Source of the DNA: Bacteroidales bacterium
GTDB taxonomy: Bacteria > Bacteroidota > Bacteroidia > Bacteroidales > VadinHA17
Length of the DNA stretch: 64,000 nucleotides
Assembly (NCBI GenBank): GCA_041740815.1
Contig: JBGSLG010000192.1
Span: 382 to 64,381, forward strand
Reading direction: 5' to 3'
This document shows positions 1-9,127 of this stretch, in pieces. Position 1 is the first letter of the stretch. Every line of letters starts with the position of its first letter. The notes under the pieces were generated by a model, which was given only the letters and a program-made list of their open reading frames with translations, was not told the origin of the DNA and made no database searches. Position numbers and translations under genes: made by a program.

Positions 1-293
1 AGCATAAGCATTCCCGCATATGAAGCCCAGCGACTTAAAATGCCAAGTACCAGGCCCAGTCCGATGAGTACCAGTCCCCACTCGTTCAGAAAATCAGTAA
101 CGGACAGGATCCGGTCATTGGAGGCCATGGAATGAAACAGAGTCGAGAAAGGTCCGCGGGAATCCAGCAGGTATACTCTTGCAGACCAGCCGCTGTCAAT
201 GACTTTTACCAACCCTTCATAAAGAAAATGCCACCCTATGGCAAGCCTGAGCAGCACAAGCCATATGGCCTGTCTATCGGTTAGGTTTTTCAT
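1..293 (-). CDS. DoxX-family membrane protein, N-terminal part only (gene runs off the window start)
   Basis: Absent from the ORF track because it has no stop inside the window. A reverse-strand ATG at 291-293 opens a stop-free frame to base 1: MKNLTDRQAIWLVLLRLAIGWHFLYEGLVKVIDSGW...GLVLIGLGLVLGIL. The hydrophobic helices and the N-terminal RLxxGWxFxxEG pattern match my memory of DoxX proteins. Confidence 0.5.
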   Translation of the reverse strand, partial: MKNLTDRQAIWLVLLRLAIGWHFLYEGLVKVIDSGWSARVYLLDSRGPFSTLFHSMASNDRILSVTDFLNEWGLVLIGLGLVLGILSRWASYAGMLM

Positions 294-484
294 CTGTTTT
301 AAAAATCAGGCACAATGATAATTATTTATGGCATGATTTCAAAGGGTTGCGGGTGATCTGCCCGTATTGTTTTCTTATGCCTGAAGAAGATGATGGACGG
401 GGTATCAGGGAAAAACTCCGTTTAACAGGCGCGAGAGGAAGAAGGTTGTTGTTCCTGATACTCTGATGCTTTCTGAAGGGGCAT

Positions 485-515
485 AAAAAAAGAGGGTGTC
501 GTTGAGAACACCCTC
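485..515 (-). terminator. Rho-independent terminator candidate for the 539-2167 gene
   Basis: GAGGGTGT (492-499) pairs with ACACCCTC (508-515) around an 8-nt loop. On the minus strand the hairpin is followed by a T7 run (A-run 485-491 on plus), 24 nt downstream of the stop at 539. Confidence 0.6.
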
Positions 516-538
516 CTGATTTTCATAGGTTGGTCAGT

Positions 539-2167
539 TTAAAAATGAAGGTCGACGCCAACGGCGACTACCCAGGTATCCTTGTTGAATGTCTCGGTAA
601 GAGGAACGAGAAGTCCTGAGCCTGTCATGGGGCGGCTGTAGCTCTTCTCACCTTCCTGGTAGATTGTGTAAATTCCTCCGATGTTAAGGTCGATCATCGG
701 GGTAATCCTGAATCCGAGGCCACCGCCGAAAGTGTTTGTGTTAAGGCTGTAGCTCAGCTCATCCTGGTAGTTGAGGTTGACACCGGTGCTGGTTCCTGCA
801 TAAGCAAGGCTTGCGCGGATACTCTTGGTAAAGCCGTATTCAACGCCGAATGCATACTCCAGGAAATTTTTGTCGATCATGTCAATGTCTTTGTCAGCAC
901 TGCCGTCATAGTCAATTGCCTGGTCGAAGTAGTAGTTGACGCTGCCGGTGAACATGAATTTCTCCGATGGCCTGATCTCTGCTCCTATTGCAAGCATTGC
1001 AGGCATGTCATTGATTGTCTCTGCGCCGTCGGGGAACATTGTTATGGGTGCGCCTGTCTCCGGGTTGATGCCGGTGGTAAAGTCGGATGTTGTCTCGTTG
1101 ATGACTCTCAGTTTGGTTGCAAACTCATATTTAATACCCACATTCACTATGTCAGCGAAGGTAAGGTTAACGCCTACGATGGGGGTTATGCCTGAACCTG
1201 TCTGGAGAACATCGGCTTTCTGGTTCTGCATCAGCGAGGATGTGGCTGTAGCCTGTGCTATCTGGCCGTTGAGAGTAGGGGTAGCTGTTGTGATGGTACC
1301 GCTGATCTGGTTGAGTGTCATTACCGGTATGTTTGCAGCCGGGACGCCGATGGCAGCCAGTCCGGCTTCAATGCCAGCTCTTTGTGCTGCTGTGATGTAA
1401 TTGGCGCCCTCAAGCTGGGCCAGGGTGAATCCGCCGCCACCACCTGTGATGATGGGAGCCACAGTGGCTGGAATGGCCACGATGCTGCTGAGCTGCGTGG
1501 CAACGCCTGTGAAGACTGTGCTTGCAGGAATCCAGGTGCCGCCCATATTGAGCGCAATGTTCTCAAGCTTACCCTCATAGGTGTTGCGTGCCATGACATA
1601 GCGGGCACCAACGGCAACGGAGATAATGTCATTGATCTTGTATGAGACGTTACCCTGGAAACCGTAGTATATGGATGAACCCACAAAATTGGTCTCAAGC
1701 CTGTAATCCTGCGCACCCTGAGATGAGAGGAGCGGTACGAGATCGGCTATGGGCATTTCGATCATTGCAAGACCTTCATCATATGTTGCACCGCCGCCGC
1801 CGCCAATAGGATTGAATGCTGCGGAGATTGCCACCTTACCGGTGTTGAATACCCCGTAGATGCTGGGGAAGAAGGGTGCGCTGACGGTGCCGACATATTC
1901 TCTGTCGGGAGCACCGTGAAGGTAGGGATAGGTTGTCATTACTGATCTTCCCTGTCCGATGGTCTGGTTATTGATTCCAAAATGAAATCCGGGGGCCAGT
2001 TTTGTAAGGCCTGCGGGATTGTAATAGACAGCATCAACATCTGTGGAGGCGTTTCGGCTTAGCAGTCTGATGTATTGCGCACTCTGGTTGGTGTTAGTTA
2101 CCAGTCCTCCGGCAAGGAGTGACCCGGTGATAAGAAGTGCGGAAAATGCTGAAAGGATTTTTTTCAT
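539..2167 (-). CDS. Outer-membrane beta-barrel protein, FadL/OmpP1/TodX-like (family assignment tentative)
   Basis: 542-aa ORF with signal peptide MKKILSAFSALLITGSLLAGG. It has the N-terminal motif AVYYNPAGL seen in FadL-type transporters, alternating beta-strand-like segments and a C-terminal aromatic residue (..VGVDLHF). Confidence 0.55.
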   Translation of the reverse strand: MKKILSAFSALLITGSLLAGGLVTNTNQSAQYIRLLSRNASTDVDAVYYNPAGLTKLAPGFHFGINNQTIGQGRSVMTTYPYLHGAPDREYVGTVSAPFFPSIYGVFNTGKVAISAAFNPIGGGGGATYDEGLAMIEMPIADLVPLLSSQGAQDYRLETNFVGSSIYYGFQGNVSYKINDIISVAVGARYVMARNTYEGKLENIALNMGGTWIPASTVFTGVATQLSSIVAIPATVAPIITGGGGGFTLAQLEGANYITAAQRAGIEAGLAAIGVPAANIPVMTLNQISGTITTATPTLNGQIAQATATSSLMQNQKADVLQTGSGITPIVGVNLTFADIVNVGIKYEFATKLRVINETTSDFTTGINPETGAPITMFPDGAETINDMPAMLAIGAEIRPSEKFMFTGSVNYYFDQAIDYDGSADKDIDMIDKNFLEYAFGVEYGFTKSIRASLAYAGTSTGVNLNYQDELSYSLNTNTFGGGLGFRITPMIDLNIGGIYTIYQEGEKSYSRPMTGSGLLVPLTETFNKDTWVVAVGVDLHF

Positions 2168-2318
2168 GAGTTTCGGTTTTAATTACACATTTTACGTTTA
2201 ACTGTGCATCTTTTTAAAAGTGGCCTAAAAGTATGAAAAAATATAATATATGGAACTGCATGCAGGTTAAATAGTGATTTAAAGGGTCGAGGGGAGTACT
2301 TTCCGGCATGTTTTCAGA

Positions 2319-2338
2319 GGGGATTTTTACTTTTCCCT
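2319..2338. repeat. Left copy of the exact 20-nt direct repeat GGGGATTTTTACTTTTCCCT
   Basis: Identical to 20129-20148. It covers the last 3 codons (REK), the TAA stop and 8 nt of 3' flank of the LacI gene. Confidence 0.95.
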
Positions 2339-3394
2339 CTTTACCGGTGTCTTTGGTGCTTCCCCGGCAACCATTCTTTTCGTCGATTCACGTACAATGA
2401 GATCGGTTTTAATCACCACGGTTTCGGAAGCTATGTTCACGTCGCGGTCTTCAATCTGGCGTATGAGCATACGTGCAGCTGTCTTTCCCATCTCGAATGC
2501 GCGGTCGTCTATGGTTGTCAGCGCCGGTTCGATGATTGTGGAGACGGGATAGTTGCTGAATCCTGCAACGGCAATGTCTTCAGGTATTCTGAGGTTACTC
2601 TTCTTTATTGACTGGATGGCCCCGATGGCTGTATAGTCGTTTGCACAGAAGATGCCGTCAGGTATTTCAGTCAGCTTCAGGAGCTTTCTGGTGCATCTGG
2701 AACCCTCTTCGTAGCTCAGGTCCGTAGCGCAGCACACCAGGTTGGGGTCGAAGGGGATGTTGTATCTCAGGAGGGCAGCCTTGTATCCTTCGAGCCTTGA
2801 TGCGAAGATTGATGTTGTCTGGCACCCTGCGATATGGGCAATTTTTTTGCAGCCTGTAATAATAAGGTGTTCCGTCACCCGGAAGGCAGCATCGAAGTCG
2901 TCTATGATCACCTTGCTTGCCTCGAGGTCATTGCTCACCCTGTCATAGAAGACCAGTGGGACCTTGAGACTGTTGAACCTGGTAAAGTGACTGCAGTTTT
3001 GTGTTTCCAGGGCGAGGCAGGCTATAATGCCGTCCACCATGTTCGTCTGCAGGATCCCGGTGATTGCTACCTCCCTTTCAAGGGAATCTTTCGACTGGTA
3101 TATGGTTACGTTATAGCCCATCTTATAGGCTATCTCTTCAACGCCGCTGATGACGTATGAATGGAAGGTGATATCGATGCGGGGCACGATCACCCCGATC
3201 ATATTGGTTTTTCTCCGGCGCAGATTTGATGCCACGGAGTTTGGAAGGTACCCGAGCTGCTTGGCAAGCTTCCATACCTCCCTGGTTGTCTCTTCACCTA
3301 TGCTTGGGTTGTTGTGCAGGGCCCTGGAGATGGTGGAGACGGAAAGGTTCATCCTTTTCGCGAGATCCTTGATTGTCACTCTTGTGCCGGGCAT
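2327..3394 (-). CDS. LacI-family transcriptional regulator
   Basis: N-terminal HTH VTIKDLAKRMNLSVSTISRALHN...VASNLRRRKTN, followed by a periplasmic-binding-protein-like sugar-binding core (GVIVP..., FCANDYTAIGAI). It is divergent from the susC at 3789. Confidence 0.9.
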   Translation of the reverse strand: MPGTRVTIKDLAKRMNLSVSTISRALHNNPSIGEETTREVWKLAKQLGYLPNSVASNLRRRKTNMIGVIVPRIDITFHSYVISGVEEIAYKMGYNVTIYQSKDSLEREVAITGILQTNMVDGIIACLALETQNCSHFTRFNSLKVPLVFYDRVSNDLEASKVIIDDFDAAFRVTEHLIITGCKKIAHIAGCQTTSIFASRLEGYKAALLRYNIPFDPNLVCCATDLSYEEGSRCTRKLLKLTEIPDGIFCANDYTAIGAIQSIKKSNLRIPEDIAVAGFSNYPVSTIIEPALTTIDDRAFEMGKTAARMLIRQIEDRDVNIASETVVIKTDLIVRESTKRMVAGEAPKTPVKREK

Positions 3395-3422
3395 GGTATA
3401 AAGTTACTGATATTTAAAAATG

Positions 3423-3432
3423 CAAACGTTTG
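3423..3432. promoter_or_regulatory. LacI-type operator candidate 1 (CAAACGTTTG)
   Basis: Perfect 10-bp palindrome with the central CG typical of LacI/GalR operators, 29 bp upstream of the LacI start codon. It shares the AAACGTTT core with the site at 3599-3610. Confidence 0.45.
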
Positions 3433-3598
3433 ATTAACATTGCGAATTTAAATAAAAATATGCACAGAAACACAAATAGTCATTAAATATCAATGGTAGA
3501 GCAGCATATGTATCATATTTTAGGACTCGTATAATGTCTGCCTGACCTGGTGGCGGAGGGAAAATGTTAAAATTTCATATTATATGGCAAAAATTTAC

Positions 3599-3610
3599 GC
3601 AAACGTTTGC
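3599..3610. promoter_or_regulatory. LacI-type operator candidate 2 (GCAAACGTTTGC)
   Basis: Perfect 12-bp palindrome in the LacI-susC intergenic region. It overlaps the TTTG that I read as the -33 element of the susC promoter. Confidence 0.55.
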
Positions 3611-3637
3611 TTTTTGAGTTTTAATATCATAATTTTG
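3606..3637 (+). promoter_or_regulatory. Bacteroidota-type promoter candidate for the susC operon (-33 TTTG / -7 TAATTTTG)
   Basis: TTTG at 3606-3609 and TAATTTTG (TAnnTTTG consensus) at 3630-3637 are separated by 20 nt. This would give a leader of about 145 nt before the ATG at 3789. Confidence 0.35.
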
Positions 3638-3788
3638 ATCTGTAAGGCTCAGTTCAATCAACTAAAGTACTGAAAATTAACTTGATAACTTTAAACCGAT
3701 CAACAAAACCGCTCCCGGGCACTTTGAGGATGCTTTCCGGGAGCAGGTCTGTGTCAGGATTTAAATTAAACCCTAAACAATCAAAATT

Positions 3789-6700
3789 ATGAAAAAAAAG
3801 CAAGTGAACGTGATCTTCTGTCCAGAAATGGGCTTGAAGAAACCGGTTCTGCTGTCAGGGTTAGTGATTATGCTCTCAGTTCTGCTGACATTCAGCGCTG
3901 CCGCATCTTCAACCCTCGCTTTGCAGCAGAAAAGGGTCACGGGGAAGGTCACCGATGCAACTACAGGTGAACTGCTCCCCGGAGTGACCATAGTTATTAA
4001 AGGTACCACTTCAGGCGTGGCTTCGGACCTCGACGGATCATATGTCGTCGATGTCCCGTCAAATACCACCGTGCTTCAGTTTACCTCCGTCGGATATGCG
4101 TCGCAGGAGATAGCCGTAGGCTCAAGGACCGTCATAGATGTGGCAATGCAAGCTGACGTTACTATGATAGAGGAACTGGTTGTCATAGGTTACGGCTTCA
4201 AGAAGAAGCGCGACCTCACCGGTTCAATCTCCTCTATCAGTGCTGCAAATATTGAAGACACTCCTGTCAAGGATGTACTCTCAGCATTGCAGGGACGCGC
4301 TCCGGGTGTCTTCGTGACATCCAACTCAGGTGCACCCGGCGACGGCATTACCGTCAGAGTCAGGGGATACTCGTCACTCAACTCCGGAAACGACCCGCTA
4401 TACGTCATCGACGGCGTACCTATTGAATCAAACAGCATGACTTCGCTCAACGGCTATGATATGCACGGCCTCAACCCGCTGTCAGACATCAACCCCGGTG
4501 ATATAGAATCAATTGAGGTCCTCAAAGATGCCGCCTCAACAGCCATCTACGGATCAAGAGCAGCCAACGGCGTGGTCCTCATAACCACCAAGAGAGGCAA
4601 GGAGGGCAAAGCCACCGTCAGCCTCAACTACTTCAGCGGCATAAGCCAGATAACCCGCAAACTGGGCGTCCTCAACGCAACTCAATGGCGCGAGGTGATC
4701 ATCGACTCTTATAAAAACCTCGACAGGTATAATAATGCCACTACACCTACCGAACCTCACTGGACTGCAATTGACTCACTGAACCCGATGAATAGCGGGG
4801 ATGTCGACTGGCAGAGCGTGATGTACCGCAAGGCATGGCAACACCAGGTGGAACTGGGCGTTCAGGGTGGCACAGAGGCTGCCAGATATGCATTCAGTAC
4901 ATCATACCTCGACCAGGACGGTATTTTCCTTGCATCAAACTACAAGAGAATCACATCAAGGTTAAACACCGACTTTAAGGTCTCTGACAAACTGACTATC
5001 GGGCAGAATATATCCTTTACCAACGGCAAAAACAACAGGATCAATGCCGGCGGCACCGGTAACCTCAGCCTCGTGCAATCGATCCTTGTCAGACCCCCGA
5101 TATATTCCCTGACCTATCCTGACGGATCACCCATCAATTATTTCAACGGTAAGAGAAACCCGGTTGGCATGGCCGAAGAGTGCACACACCTCAACGTGTC
5201 AAACAGGATTATAGGGAACCAGTATCTCGAGTATGATATTATGGAGGGGCTCATGTTCAGAACAAGCCTCGGCATAGATTACATAACAATGAAGGAGGAT
5301 GAGTTCTATCCAACCACAGTTGACTACCGCGCAGGTTACAACTGGGGTTCAGTAAGGGCCAGGACAAATATGACATGGGCCAATGAGAACTATCTTACCT
5401 ATACCACAACCCTCGCTGATGCACATGAGATATCTGCAATGGCCGGGTTCAGCATGCAGGACTGGAGGATGGAGACAACCGGTCTCGACGGACTCTATTT
5501 TGCCAGTGATAACATCAGAACACTCAACGGGGCAGGCACCATCTCAAACCAGGCTGTCAACCGTACCGATGAACATTCAATGGTCTCTTACTTCGGCCGA
5601 CTGTCATACAATTACAAGGGCAGGTACATCGCTGAAGCCAACCTCAGGGCTGACGGATCATCAAGGTTCGGTGCCGAGAACAGATTCGGGTATTTCCCGT
5701 CAGCCTCCGCAGCATGGAGGTTCTCCGACGAATCATTTGCCGACGGCCTGGGATTCCTGACTGACGGTAAACTGAGATTAAGCGTTGGACAGGGCGGTAA
5801 CGAGTCAATACCCAATTATGTATCAGGCGGTGAGTTCTCAATAGGAACTAACTACCTTACATACTCGGGAGCAGCTCCGACAGTCATGCCCAACCAGGCT
5901 CTCAAATGGGAGGTCACCACACAGTATAATCTCGGTATTGACCTGTCCATGTTTAATAACAGGGTAAGCTTCGTAGGTGATTTCTACATCAAGAATACAA
6001 CCGACCTGCTCTTTGCGGTTCCAATACCCGAAACAACAGGCTTCGGATACATCACCAGAAATATCGGTGACATATCAAACAAGGGGATGGAATTTGCTGT
6101 CAACACCCATAACTTCGACGGCGACTTCCAGTGGAGCACCAGCTTCAACATCGGGTTCAACAAAAACACTGTCGTCTCCCTTCCCGAGGATGTTCTTACA
6201 AACGGATACATCCAGAACGGGACCTATCACATTCTGAAAGAGGACGAATCAATAGGCACATTCTACGGATGGAAGTTCCTGGGTGTCTACTCAAGGGATG
6301 AAGACAACGTAAATGGTGTCAAGTTTGGCTCCGAGACAGGTAAGGTGTTCAAGGGCGGTGACATTATCTGGGATGATGTTAATGATGATAATATCATCAA
6401 TGACCTCGACAAGCAGATCATAGGCAATGCCCAGCCGATATTCGCCGGAGGTTTCAATAACGACTTCTCATACAAGAACTTCGGCCTCAATATCTTTCTG
6501 CAGTTCTCATACGGTAATGACATCTACAGCCACCTCAACAGCATGAGGAACTGGGTGTTTGCCTATAACAACGTCTCCACCGATGCTCTCAACAGATGGA
6601 GAGAGCAGGGCGATGTTACCGACTATCCTGCACCGGTGCGCAATGACCCGATGAGAAATGAATATCTCAGGGTTTCAGACAGGTGGATTGAGGATGGCTC

Positions 6701-6935
6701 ATACATGAGACTCAAGAATGTCACATTCTCCTATACGCTCCCCACAGCTATTACCGGCAAGGTGGGTATAAGCAGGCTCCGGGCATACGTCACCGGTCAG
6801 AACCTTATGACATTCACCCATTACACCGGTTATGACCCGGAGGTAAACTCCTACAGCGGATTACAGGTCGGTGTTGATGAGGGCGCATATCCTCAGAGCC
6901 GTACGGTAATATTTGGTGTAAACATGGAATTTTAA
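3789..6935 (+). CDS. susC: SusC/RagA-family TonB-dependent outer-membrane transporter
   Basis: 1048 aa. It has a carboxypeptidase-regulatory-like N-domain (VTGKVTDATTGELLPGVTIVIKGTTSGVASDLDGSY), a plug (DPLYVIDGVP, IESIEVLKDAASTAIYGSRAANGVVLITTKRGK) and a C-terminal barrel ending in F. A susD follows directly. Confidence 0.95.
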   Translation: MKKKQVNVIFCPEMGLKKPVLLSGLVIMLSVLLTFSAAASSTLALQQKRVTGKVTDATTGELLPGVTIVIKGTTSGVASDLDGSYVVDVPSNTTVLQFTSVGYASQEIAVGSRTVIDVAMQADVTMIEELVVIGYGFKKKRDLTGSISSISAANIEDTPVKDVLSALQGRAPGVFVTSNSGAPGDGITVRVRGYSSLNSGNDPLYVIDGVPIESNSMTSLNGYDMHGLNPLSDINPGDIESIEVLKDAASTAIYGSRAANGVVLITTKRGKEGKATVSLNYFSGISQITRKLGVLNATQWREVIIDSYKNLDRYNNATTPTEPHWTAIDSLNPMNSGDVDWQSVMYRKAWQHQVELGVQGGTEAARYAFSTSYLDQDGIFLASNYKRITSRLNTDFKVSDKLTIGQNISFTNGKNNRINAGGTGNLSLVQSILVRPPIYSLTYPDGSPINYFNGKRNPVGMAEECTHLNVSNRIIGNQYLEYDIMEGLMFRTSLGIDYITMKEDEFYPTTVDYRAGYNWGSVRARTNMTWANENYLTYTTTLADAHEISAMAGFSMQDWRMETTGLDGLYFASDNIRTLNGAGTISNQAVNRTDEHSMVSYFGRLSYNYKGRYIAEANLRADGSSRFGAENRFGYFPSASAAWRFSDESFADGLGFLTDGKLRLSVGQGGNESIPNYVSGGEFSIGTNYLTYSGAAPTVMPNQALKWEVTTQYNLGIDLSMFNNRVSFVGDFYIKNTTDLLFAVPIPETTGFGYITRNIGDISNKGMEFAVNTHNFDGDFQWSTSFNIGFNKNTVVSLPEDVLTNGYIQNGTYHILKEDESIGTFYGWKFLGVYSRDEDNVNGVKFGSETGKVFKGGDIIWDDVNDDNIINDLDKQIIGNAQPIFAGGFNNDFSYKNFGLNIFLQFSYGNDIYSHLNSMRNWVFAYNNVSTDALNRWREQGDVTDYPAPVRNDPMRNEYLRVSDRWIEDGSYMRLKNVTFSYTLPTAITGKVGISRLRAYVTGQNLMTFTHYTGYDPEVNSYSGLQVGVDEGAYPQSRTVIFGVNMEF

Positions 6936-6947
6936 ATACAGACGGAT

Positions 6948-8330
6948 ATGAAATTAAAATATATCAGGACAGTTTTAGTGGCTATCGTACTGATGCAGGT
7001 GACTGCCTGTACCGATATCCTTGACAAGGATCCCGTCAGCAGCTTTTCAGCTTCAGGGTTTTACAAGACCACCGCTGATGCACAGGCTGGAATCTACGGA
7101 ATCTATGATGCTGCACAGTCAGTCTTCAGACTTAATTTCTGCTACTGGGGCGAAGGAAGGGCTGACAATGTCCAGACCGCACAGTCGGGCGAATCTCTCG
7201 TTCTCAGTTCGAACAACCTCACCAACACAGCCTCATCGGCAGACTGGACCGCCCTCTATACAATGATCAGCAGGGCCAACTATGCAATTGCATTTATTCC
7301 AAATGTGTTTGACGCAAATGATGTCGCGGGTAAACAATTGCTGGGTCAGGCTCATGCCCTCAGGGCATTGGCTTATTTCTATCTTGTAAGGGTATGGGGC
7401 GATGTGCCTTTCATAACTGAGCCTTACACATCGGGTGATCAGGACATCTTTGTCGGAAAGACCGGTAAGGAGATTGTTCTTGACCAGGTGGAATCAGATC
7501 TGAAATATGCTGCCGCAAACTGCATTGAAAAATTCAATAGCAACAATGACCGGATAATGTTCACCAGGGGATCTGCTAACGGACTGCTCACACAGGTATA
7601 TATGTGGAGGCACAAGTACACGGAGACAGTAACAACCTCCAGCCTGGTCATGTCAAACACCCTCTACTCACTGGTTCCGATAGCCGACTGGGGCAAGATG
7701 TTCTCAAACAGCTATTCCAAGGAGAGTATCTTCGAAGTAGGTTACAATGACACAGAAACTAACGGTCTCAGAACACTCTATGCTGTAGGTTCATATGCCA
7801 TCTATACCCCATCCGTCAAATGGAAGGAATCAATTGAAGAAGGTGACCTCAGGGAAGCCTTTGTTTACGATATGGTCCCTGCCGATCCCAAGGCTATATG
7901 GAAATACCTGGGACAGGGAGTGAGTGATGAAATTGCCACCCCTGCTAAGCAGAATATTGTTCTTATCAGACTTGCTGACATCATGCTTCTCAGGGCAGAG
8001 GCGCTCAACAAGATCGGAGGAGAGGCAAACAAGACAGAGGCACTTACCCTTCTCAATACCATCAGGACAAGAGCCGGGCTTACATCCTTCGTCACCGAGG
8101 CTGATGCCATAGCAATGTACGGAGACCTGGAATCAGCAATTCTTCATGAGAGGTCGGTTGAGCTCTGCTTCGAAGGTCACCGCTGGTTCGACCTGGTCCG
8201 CACAGGCAAGGCTATCTCTACCATGGGCCCGATCAATGGCCTGAGCGCCGAGGGTAACCTTGTATGGCCGGTACATCAGAATTCTCTCAACAAGAACCCG
8301 AACATGACGCAGAATTCATTCTATAATTAA
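6948..8330 (+). CDS. susD: SusD/RagB-family nutrient-binding lipoprotein
   Basis: Lipobox LMQVTAC followed by TDILDKDP. TPR-like helical motifs are present (RALAYFYLVRVWGDVPF, LLRAEALN, ERSVELCFEGHRWFDLVR). It lies 12 bp after susC. Confidence 0.9.
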   Translation: MKLKYIRTVLVAIVLMQVTACTDILDKDPVSSFSASGFYKTTADAQAGIYGIYDAAQSVFRLNFCYWGEGRADNVQTAQSGESLVLSSNNLTNTASSADWTALYTMISRANYAIAFIPNVFDANDVAGKQLLGQAHALRALAYFYLVRVWGDVPFITEPYTSGDQDIFVGKTGKEIVLDQVESDLKYAAANCIEKFNSNNDRIMFTRGSANGLLTQVYMWRHKYTETVTTSSLVMSNTLYSLVPIADWGKMFSNSYSKESIFEVGYNDTETNGLRTLYAVGSYAIYTPSVKWKESIEEGDLREAFVYDMVPADPKAIWKYLGQGVSDEIATPAKQNIVLIRLADIMLLRAEALNKIGGEANKTEALTLLNTIRTRAGLTSFVTEADAIAMYGDLESAILHERSVELCFEGHRWFDLVRTGKAISTMGPINGLSAEGNLVWPVHQNSLNKNPNMTQNSFYN

Positions 8331-8361
8331 TTGCTGCTGAGAATCATCAAAGACACGAAAA

Positions 8362-8949
8362 ATGAAAAAGAATATTATAACTTTTCGAAAGTTGCACCTG
8401 GTAAAGATGCTTCTTCTCCCCCTTACACTTGCAGTGATGTTCGCATCATGCGAGATACAGGAGGACTATGAATACGTATACGGTAATCCCGGAGGCAAGG
8501 TCAATATGACAGCCTGGGAATTCATTCAGACAACCGATTCCCTCTCTCTGATGGAAGAGGCAATCTCCGCTACCGGGCTTCAGAGCCTCTATTCCGGAAC
8601 CACTGTCAGAACCTTCATAGCTCCAAGAAACAGCGCTTTCAGGGCATATATGAAGACCAACAGCTACGCGAATATCAGCGCCATCCCTGTTGCAACTCTT
8701 GAGACGGTACTCAAATATCACGTTGTGAATGCAAAGGTGATATTCACCGATCCGGAACTGCTCCTGAGCAACAACCCTATCTCATATCCTACAGAGAGCG
8801 GAGCAGTGATGTTCCTCTCTCACAATACCAGTTATCAGGGGTTGATCAACCAGGGGACCAAAAAAAGCTGGACTATTATTACATCTAACATTGAGCCGAC
8901 GAACGGGGTGATACATGTGACGGCAGATATCGTCTACCTGTCACTCTGA
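8362..8949 (+). CDS. Fasciclin (FAS1) domain lipoprotein, likely accessory surface glycan-binding protein
   Basis: Lipobox MFASC. FAS1 motifs are TFIAPRNSAF, LKYHVVNAKV and NGVIHVTADIV. It occupies the position just after susD. Confidence 0.75.
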   Translation: MKKNIITFRKLHLVKMLLLPLTLAVMFASCEIQEDYEYVYGNPGGKVNMTAWEFIQTTDSLSLMEEAISATGLQSLYSGTTVRTFIAPRNSAFRAYMKTNSYANISAIPVATLETVLKYHVVNAKVIFTDPELLLSNNPISYPTESGAVMFLSHNTSYQGLINQGTKKSWTIITSNIEPTNGVIHVTADIVYLSL

Positions 8950-9087
8950 TGCCGGTCAGAAGATAGAAGGTTAGTTTTTAGGTTGAAGATCAGATGGGTA
9001 TTCTGCAGTGGTGATTGGAGTACTGAAAGGCATAGCCCATCTGATTCTTTAAAATCCTTCTTGACCTGTAGTGTTTTTTTACTCTTG

Positions 9088-9107
9088 GTCCGGACACCTG
9101 TCCGGAC
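9088..9107. promoter_or_regulatory. Two copies of the 8-bp palindrome GTCCGGAC spaced 12 bp centre to centre, upstream of nagB
   Basis: GTCCGGAC at 9088-9095 and 9100-9107, about 20 bp upstream of the nagB ATG (9128) and just after a T7 run. Confidence 0.25.
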
Positions 9108-9127
9108 AGAACTAATGATTAATCACA

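Noticed and set aside
8989-9045. 10-bp inverted repeat ATCAGATGGG / CCCATCTGAT after the fasciclin gene, considered as a terminator
   Set aside because: The loop is 37 nt and no T-tract follows, so it is not a canonical intrinsic terminator. It is mentioned only as context for the nagB upstream region. A similar imperfect long-loop hairpin at 49495-49557 after susD was rejected for the same reason.
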